Source of the DNA: Candidatus Nanopusillus sp.
GTDB lineage: Archaea; Nanobdellota; Nanobdellia; Nanobdellales; Nanobdellaceae
NCBI GenBank assembly: GCA_046536775.1
Contig: JAWDMD010000016.1
Span: 1 to 10,339 of the forward strand
Direction: 5' to 3'
DNA length: 10,339 nucleotides
Shown: positions 6,290 through 10,339 of the stretch, in pieces
How the letters are laid out: each line of letters begins with the position of its first letter
Numbering within the stretch: position 1 is the first letter of the stretch
Notes under the pieces: generated by a model
What the model saw: the letters and a program-made list of their open reading frames with translations, nothing else
The model's database searches: none
Told to the model about the DNA's origin: nothing
Made by a program: the position numbers and the translations under genes

Positions 6290-7711
6290 TTAGATAAACC
6301 TATATATTGTTTTATCTCCTTGATCCAATAAATCTATACCAACTTTTCTTAGTTCTTCTCTTATTTTATCAGATAATTCATAATTTTTGGTTTTTCTTAA
6401 TTCATTTCTAATATTTATTATTATGTTTAATAAAATATTTGTTAGATTTTCTTTACTCTCTTTTCCGTAAAATATATCTTCCCATAATCCATAGATCCTT
6501 GATGCAATATTATAGAAATTATATGAAGTAAGGTATAATGTAAATGTTTCGGATCCAATAACATTTTTATTTATATAATTTGTTGCTTCTAATAATATTC
6601 TTGTAGCTTCTCTTGTATTGAAATCGTCTTTTATACTATCTATAAATTCTTTTTCATAATTTAGCAATTCTTTCCATATCTTTATTTTGTTATCATCTAA
6701 ATAAAATGTTCTGTCCAAACTATCTATTTCATTTATTATTGTTTTAATTGTTGAACTTATATATCTATGGTTTTCTTTTGCTTGATTTATACTTTCTTCA
6801 TTTATATCAATTGGTTCTCTATAATGATAGGACCCAATATAAAATCTAGTAATATCTTCTCCATATTTATCTAAAAAATCTTTTGCAGGTATTATATTTC
6901 CCAAACTTTTACTCATTTTTTCTCCTCTAATTTTTATAAATCCAAAATGTAACCAGTATTTTACCCAAGGATGCTTATTAAATCTAGCTTCTGATTGTGC
7001 AATCTCATTTTCATGATGTGGAAATATTAAATCTTGACCTCCGGAGTGTATATCAAATTGTAATCCTAGATATTTTGATGACATTGTAGAACATTCAATA
7101 TGCCAACCAGGTCTTCCTTCTTCAATTTCCGTATTCCAGTATGGTTCATCTTCTTTTTTAAATTTCCATAACGCAAAATCATATGGATGTTTTTTATCTC
7201 CTAAAAATTCTGTTTCTTGTTCCCATTGTTCTTTTATTGTTCCAGACAATTGTCCGTAATATGGATATTTGTCTATATCATAATATATACTATATTTTCC
7301 TTTGTATGCATATCCTTTATTTATTAAATCTTTTATAAAATCTACAATATCATTAATATGTGTTGTAACTCTTGGATTTATATAAAATGGTAAATTATCT
7401 AATCTTTTTATTTGTTCTAAATGATATTTTATATATTCTTCAGGTATTTTTTGCCAATCGTTTAATAAATTTAGTTCTCTTGCTTTTTTTATTATTTTAT
7501 CATCTATATCTGTAAAATTGCTAATTGCTATATCTATGTATCCAAAATATCTAAATATCCTTCTTATAATATCTAGAGAAATTTCTGATCTTAAATGTCC
7601 TATATGTGATGTATCATATGGTGTTATCCCACAATGATATATTTTTACAAAAGGGAATTCTATTGGCTCAAATATCTCTTTTTTCTTTGTTAATGTATTA
7701 TATATATAAAT
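6290..7711 (-). CDS. cysS: Cysteinyl-tRNA synthetase (class I). The 5' boundary is uncertain because no canonical in-frame start codon exists.
   Basis: The track ORF (6290..7249) carries GWHIECS, HSGGQDLIFPHHENEIAQSEA and KMSKS. My manual translation shows the same frame stays open upstream to a TGA at 7733-7735. That stretch encodes the missing N-terminal Rossmann half: IYIYNTLTKKKEIFEP...IYHCGITPYDTSHIGHLRSEISLDIIRRIF...NFTDIDDKIIKKA...INKGYAYKGKYSIYYDIDKYPYYGQLSG (HIGH motif at 7595-7606). The start shown is the ATT at 7711-7709, chosen by alignment to the usual M-x-x-[IV]-Y-N-T-L-T N-terminus. Confidence 0.85.
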   Translation of the reverse strand: MYIYNTLTKKKEIFEPIEFPFVKIYHCGITPYDTSHIGHLRSEISLDIIRRIFRYFGYIDIAISNFTDIDDKIIKKARELNLLNDWQKIPEEYIKYHLEQIKRLDNLPFYINPRVTTHINDIVDFIKDLINKGYAYKGKYSIYYDIDKYPYYGQLSGTIKEQWEQETEFLGDKKHPYDFALWKFKKEDEPYWNTEIEEGRPGWHIECSTMSSKYLGLQFDIHSGGQDLIFPHHENEIAQSEARFNKHPWVKYWLHFGFIKIRGEKMSKSLGNIIPAKDFLDKYGEDITRFYIGSYHYREPIDINEESINQAKENHRYISSTIKTIINEIDSLDRTFYLDDNKIKIWKELLNYEKEFIDSIKDDFNTREATRILLEATNYINKNVIGSETFTLYLTSYNFYNIASRIYGLWEDIFYGKESKENLTNILLNIIINIRNELRKTKNYELSDKIREELRKVGIDLLDQGDKTIYRFI

Positions 7712-7782
7712 TACACCGATTGTCGCCCATTTTCAAATAATTATAAAAAAATATTTAAAAAGATATTTTGAATATTATACGA

Positions 7783-8277
7783 ATGAATAATTTATTTAAG
7801 GATATGATAAAAAGTAAAATTGGAATTATTTTAATTATAATATTTTTTATAATTGGCTATTTTTATATTAAATCAATATTCTTAGGTTTGTCATTATATC
7901 CAATTTATATAAAAATTCTTGCATGTTCATATGTAATTTTATTTTCTTTAAATTTTGCTTTAATATCTTTTATGATAATTAATTATAGGAAATTCTATAC
8001 AGGAAATATTTTATCATTTATCTCTGCAATATTTGGTTTTGCTGGATTTCAAGCATGTTTAGTTGGATGTAGTATGGGTTCTTTTGCAGTTTTGGTTGCA
8101 ACACTTGCCCCAATATTTAGATTGAATATATTTGAATTTGGAGAAATTCTATTAATTGTTAGTGATATTTTGTTTATAGTCAATTTAATATTTTTGTTGG
8201 GATTGAATAAAAGAAAAGATGTTAAAAAATTAAAAGTTTCTAAAAATAATAAAGAAGATTCTTGCTGCTGTTGTTGA
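7783..8277 (+). CDS. Four-helix membrane protein of unknown function with an intramembrane CxxxC and a C-terminal CCCC
   Basis: The track ORF starts at TTG 7768. The first ATG is at 7783 (MNNLFKDMIKSK...), which I prefer. There are about four hydrophobic helices. GFQACLVGCSMG lies in helix 3 (Cys codons at 8056-8058 and 8068-8070). A lysine-rich tail ends EDSCCCC (TGC TGC TGT TGT at 8263-8274), followed by tandem stops TGA TAA. Confidence 0.5.
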   Translation: MNNLFKDMIKSKIGIILIIIFFIIGYFYIKSIFLGLSLYPIYIKILACSYVILFSLNFALISFMIINYRKFYTGNILSFISAIFGFAGFQACLVGCSMGSFAVLVATLAPIFRLNIFEFGEILLIVSDILFIVNLIFLLGLNKRKDVKKLKVSKNNKEDSCCCC

Positions 8278-8370
8278 TAATGCTAATATAATATATTTCT
8301 CTAAAATTTAATTAATTTAATATATAAAAAGATTTGATGTCACTAATTATTTAATTGTAAATATAATCTC

Positions 8371-8384
8371 TTATATTTTAAAAT
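8371..8384 (+). promoter_or_regulatory. Candidate archaeal TATA/BRE element for tRNA-Leu
   Basis: TTATATTTTAAAAT is centred about 30 nt upstream of the mature tRNA 5' end (8409), consistent with a TATA box about 26 nt upstream of a short-leader transcription start. TATA-like strings are frequent in this AT-rich DNA, so specificity is low. Confidence 0.3.
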
Positions 8385-8408
8385 TTTAATAGATATAAAA
8401 TAAAATAC

Positions 8409-8492
8409 GCGGCGGTGTCCGAGAGGCCAAAGGAGATCGGTTGAGGTCCGATTGGATAAGATCCGCCAGGGGTTCAAATCCCCTCCGCCGCA
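8409..8492 (+). tRNA. tRNA-Leu (anticodon GAG), class II with long variable arm, no intron, CCA not encoded
   Basis: Manual fold of 84 nt. Acceptor stem GCGGCGG/CCGCCGC. D stem TCC/GGA with an 11-nt loop. Anticodon stem ATCGG/CCGAT with loop TTGAGGT, giving anticodon GAG. The 15-nt variable region contains a GGAT/ATCC hairpin. T stem AGGGG/CCCCT with loop TTCAAAT. Discriminator is A. The next bases are CTT, so CCA is added post-transcriptionally. Confidence 0.9.
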
Positions 8493-8499
8493 CTTAAAA

Positions 8500-8511
8500 T
8501 TTTATTTTTTT
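8500..8511 (+). terminator. Oligo-T tract (TTTTATTTTTTT), likely archaeal terminator of the tRNA transcript
   Basis: The T-run begins 8 nt after the tRNA 3' end. Archaeal RNA polymerase terminates at oligo-T stretches. Background T-richness lowers specificity. Confidence 0.4.
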
Positions 8512-8600
8512 ATAATTCTAAGTATTGTTAGATTTACTAATTTATTCAATCCATCAATTATCATAAAATATTTATTACCTAAGATATAAATAATATTTAT

Positions 8601-10169
8601 ATGAAATCTATTTCCCCAATAATAGCATCAATATTAATTATTGTTATTACAGTTGCAATTGCTGGAATTTTTTATGCATTTACTTCTGGTATGTTTGGTT
8701 CTTTAACCCAATCATCATCTCAACAAATTCAACAGCAATCTCAAATAACATCATTTACAATAAATACTATATATTGTTCAAATAATATATTATATTTTGA
8801 TATTTATAATAAAGGAAATATACCTATTAATATAAATAATTCTCAAATAATATTTACTGATAATTATGGAAATACTATATCGGTAAATGGAAGTAATATT
8901 ATATGTAATAATAGAAATATAATACCTTCTGGAAGTAATAGTTTATGTTATATAATAAATAATTATTTCTGTTATTATAGTTATACAGATTATATTAAAA
9001 GTACTAATTTTGTATATAATGGAATAAATTATAATTATGAGATATTAAATAATAATAAATTTAATATAATATATCTTCCTAATTCTAGTAGTTATCCAAT
9101 GATAATATATAATACTCAATCTATTTCAACTCTATCTCCATTTCAACAAGATATAGCAATATGTAATGGAAATATTAATGTAGGTTCTAATTTTGCTTAT
9201 GTAAATAATGCAACACTATTTAATGAAATAAATCCAAATGGACAAAATGTATTATTCTTTAATCCAAATAGTAATCAATTACTTTATTATTCATGGTATG
9301 AAGGTCAATTAAGCAATGGAAGTACATATTGTGATGTATGGTGGATAAATATACCTCAAAGAATTCTTGCTAATTCAAATGTAACTATTTATATGTATAT
9401 AGGAAATAGTTCTTCAAATTATTATTCTCAATATTATCCATATGTAGGAGAAACACCCCAATTATCTCCAACATATGCAGAATATGATAATGGAAATTAT
9501 GTATTTAATTACTATTGGGATTTTGCAGGTACAAGTTTACCAAATAATTTAATTTGTACAGTACTGAGTAATCCTTCAGGAGCTTCAGGATCATGTTCAG
9601 TTAATAATGGGGTTTCAGTAGTTAATACAAATGGTTATGATTTTTGGGTTGGTGATTATATGATTACATATTTGTATTATAGTCAACTAATATCAATACC
9701 CACAATTGTGGAAGCGAAAGTTATATCTTTAACAGGAAATTCTGGGGATAGCGGATGGACAAAAGCCGGAATACTTTATCAAAATCAGGTAACTGATTCA
9801 TCAACCCTGAATGGAGAAGTCGATATGATAGTTACTGATGGAGCTGGTTATGCAATTCAATGGCAATCTGAAACTAGTTATATAGCGCCAACAGATAATT
9901 ATAATGGTGGTAGTATAATATATCCTACGATTATTGCACTAGTATTTCCAAATACAAGTTATGCCTGTGGATTTTATGGAAGCTCTCTAGGAGTTTTATC
10001 TCAAGAGGGTAACTGTGTAACTCCCACCTCTAGGGCATCACAAGGATATATCGGATTATTTGTTACGTCTCATAATAGTAATGGATTATCTTCAAGTGCT
10101 GTTTTTCAATACTTATTAGTTAGGGCATATCCTCCAAATGGAATAATGCCTTCAATTTATATTAGTTAA
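8601..10169 (+). CDS. Secreted/surface protein with an archaeal type IV pilin-like (class III) signal peptide and N-terminal hydrophobic helix, then a DUF2341-like domain and a C-terminal lectin/LamG-like beta-sandwich region
   Basis: The N-terminus MKS-ISPIIASILIIVITVAIAGIFYAF matches the archaeal pilin pattern (short basic leader, then [ST]P[IV]I[AG]..L...IT[VI]..A). A Q/S linker (SSSQQIQQQSQITS) follows. The segment NVLFFNPNSNQLLYYSWYEG...CDVWWINIPQRILANSNVTIYMYIGN matches the DUF2341 hallmark (D.rF.d.dG..L.yeiE.w....a.vWVk.p.l.a...t.iymYYGN). The end ...FQYLLVRAYPPNG resembles the usual ...vD.vrvRky..peP terminus of DUF2341/LamG proteins. Confidence 0.7.
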   Translation: MKSISPIIASILIIVITVAIAGIFYAFTSGMFGSLTQSSSQQIQQQSQITSFTINTIYCSNNILYFDIYNKGNIPININNSQIIFTDNYGNTISVNGSNIICNNRNIIPSGSNSLCYIINNYFCYYSYTDYIKSTNFVYNGINYNYEILNNNKFNIIYLPNSSSYPMIIYNTQSISTLSPFQQDIAICNGNINVGSNFAYVNNATLFNEINPNGQNVLFFNPNSNQLLYYSWYEGQLSNGSTYCDVWWINIPQRILANSNVTIYMYIGNSSSNYYSQYYPYVGETPQLSPTYAEYDNGNYVFNYYWDFAGTSLPNNLICTVLSNPSGASGSCSVNNGVSVVNTNGYDFWVGDYMITYLYYSQLISIPTIVEAKVISLTGNSGDSGWTKAGILYQNQVTDSSTLNGEVDMIVTDGAGYAIQWQSETSYIAPTDNYNGGSIIYPTIIALVFPNTSYACGFYGSSLGVLSQEGNCVTPTSRASQGYIGLFVTSHNSNGLSSSAVFQYLLVRAYPPNGIMPSIYIS

Positions 10170-10198
10170 TTTTCTGCTATTTTCAATACTAAAATAAA

Positions 10199-10209
10199 TT
10201 TTTATTTTT
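10199..10209 (+). terminator. Oligo-T tract (TTTTTATTTTT) between the pilin-like gene and adkA, a possible terminator
   Basis: The T-run lies 30 nt after the stop codon at 10167-10169 and 20 nt before the next ATG. Weak specificity in AT-rich DNA. Confidence 0.25.
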
Positions 10210-10228
10210 CATAGTATTTATTTAGTTT

Positions 10229-10339
10229 ATGATAGTAATTGTTGTAGGAGTACCAGGTGTTGGAAAAACTTCAGTAATTAATGAAGCTAAGAAATATTTA
10301 AAATATGAATTTAAAGTTGTAAGTACTGGAGATATTATG
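10229..10339 (+). CDS. adkA: Archaeal-type adenylate kinase, 5' fragment (continues beyond the window)
   Basis: Manual translation from ATG 10229 gives MIVIVVGVPGVGKTSVINEAKKYLKYEFKVVSTGDIM. This matches the archaeal AdkA N-terminus (M..vvvtGvPGvGkTTv.......l.......k.vn.Gd.M) including the P-loop GVPGVGKT. It is open to the window end. Confidence 0.8.
   Translation, partial: MIVIVVGVPGVGKTSVINEAKKYLKYEFKVVSTGDIM

Noticed and set aside
6290-7249. Reading the track ORF as a truncated, split or pseudogenised CysRS (C-terminal half only)
   Set aside because: Manual translation shows the same frame continues uninterrupted for another 161 codons up to 7732 and encodes the conserved N-terminal catalytic half, including HIGH. 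The apparent truncation is an artefact of requiring an ATG/GTG/TTG start.
7768-7782. TTG starts proposed by the track at 7768 (membrane protein) and likewise at 1877 (dph2)
   Set aside because: In both cases an ATG follows within 1-5 codons (7783 and 1874). The ATG is the more parsimonious start. The effect on the products is negligible.
8409-10169. tRNA-Leu-adjacent genomic island or integrated element carrying the pilin-like gene
   Set aside because: There is no integrase or recombinase gene, and I could see no direct repeat of the tRNA 3' end downstream. The composition does not differ visibly from the flanks.
1-10339. CRISPR arrays, toxin-antitoxin pairs or other defence systems, transposons
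   Set aside because: I detected no regularly spaced direct repeats and no Cas, transposase or restriction-modification signatures. The lone PIN protein is of the housekeeping Fcf1 type in its conserved aIF2 gamma context and has no adjacent antitoxin-sized ORF.

Overview
Compact, extremely AT-rich archaeal chromosome segment. Coding density is above 90% and neighbouring genes abut or overlap. I can support 13 protein genes, one of them cut by the window edge, plus one tRNA. A minus-strand translation-related block runs cysteinyl-tRNA synthetase -> aIF2 gamma -> Fcf1-like PIN protein -> divergent DRG/TGS GTPase; the last three are linked by ATGA and ATGGTAA start/stop overlaps. The other genes are: a FlaJ/TadC-like (T2SS-F domain) membrane protein at the 5' edge; an N-terminally short Dph2 (diphthamide synthesis); an Nre-family protein ending in a PIP box; a PUA-domain RNA-binding protein; two small membrane proteins, one ending in CCCC; tRNA-Leu(GAG); a 522-aa protein with an archaeal type IV pilin-like N-terminus fused to a DUF2341/lectin-like ectodomain; and the start of archaeal adenylate kinase. 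Several things point to a thermophilic, genome-reduced archaeon, Nanoarchaeota/DPANN-like (inference only): archaea-specific markers, I/K/N/Y-rich proteins, a roughly 62% GC tRNA in a background that looks about one-quarter GC by eye, and several domain-trimmed housekeeping proteins. I saw no CRISPR array, transposase, integrase or recognisable defence system, and no clearly novel multi-gene system. The most interesting items are the pilin-fused lectin-like surface protein, a CysRS gene with no canonical in-frame start codon next to a (TA)5 run, and a Dph2 lacking its first domain.
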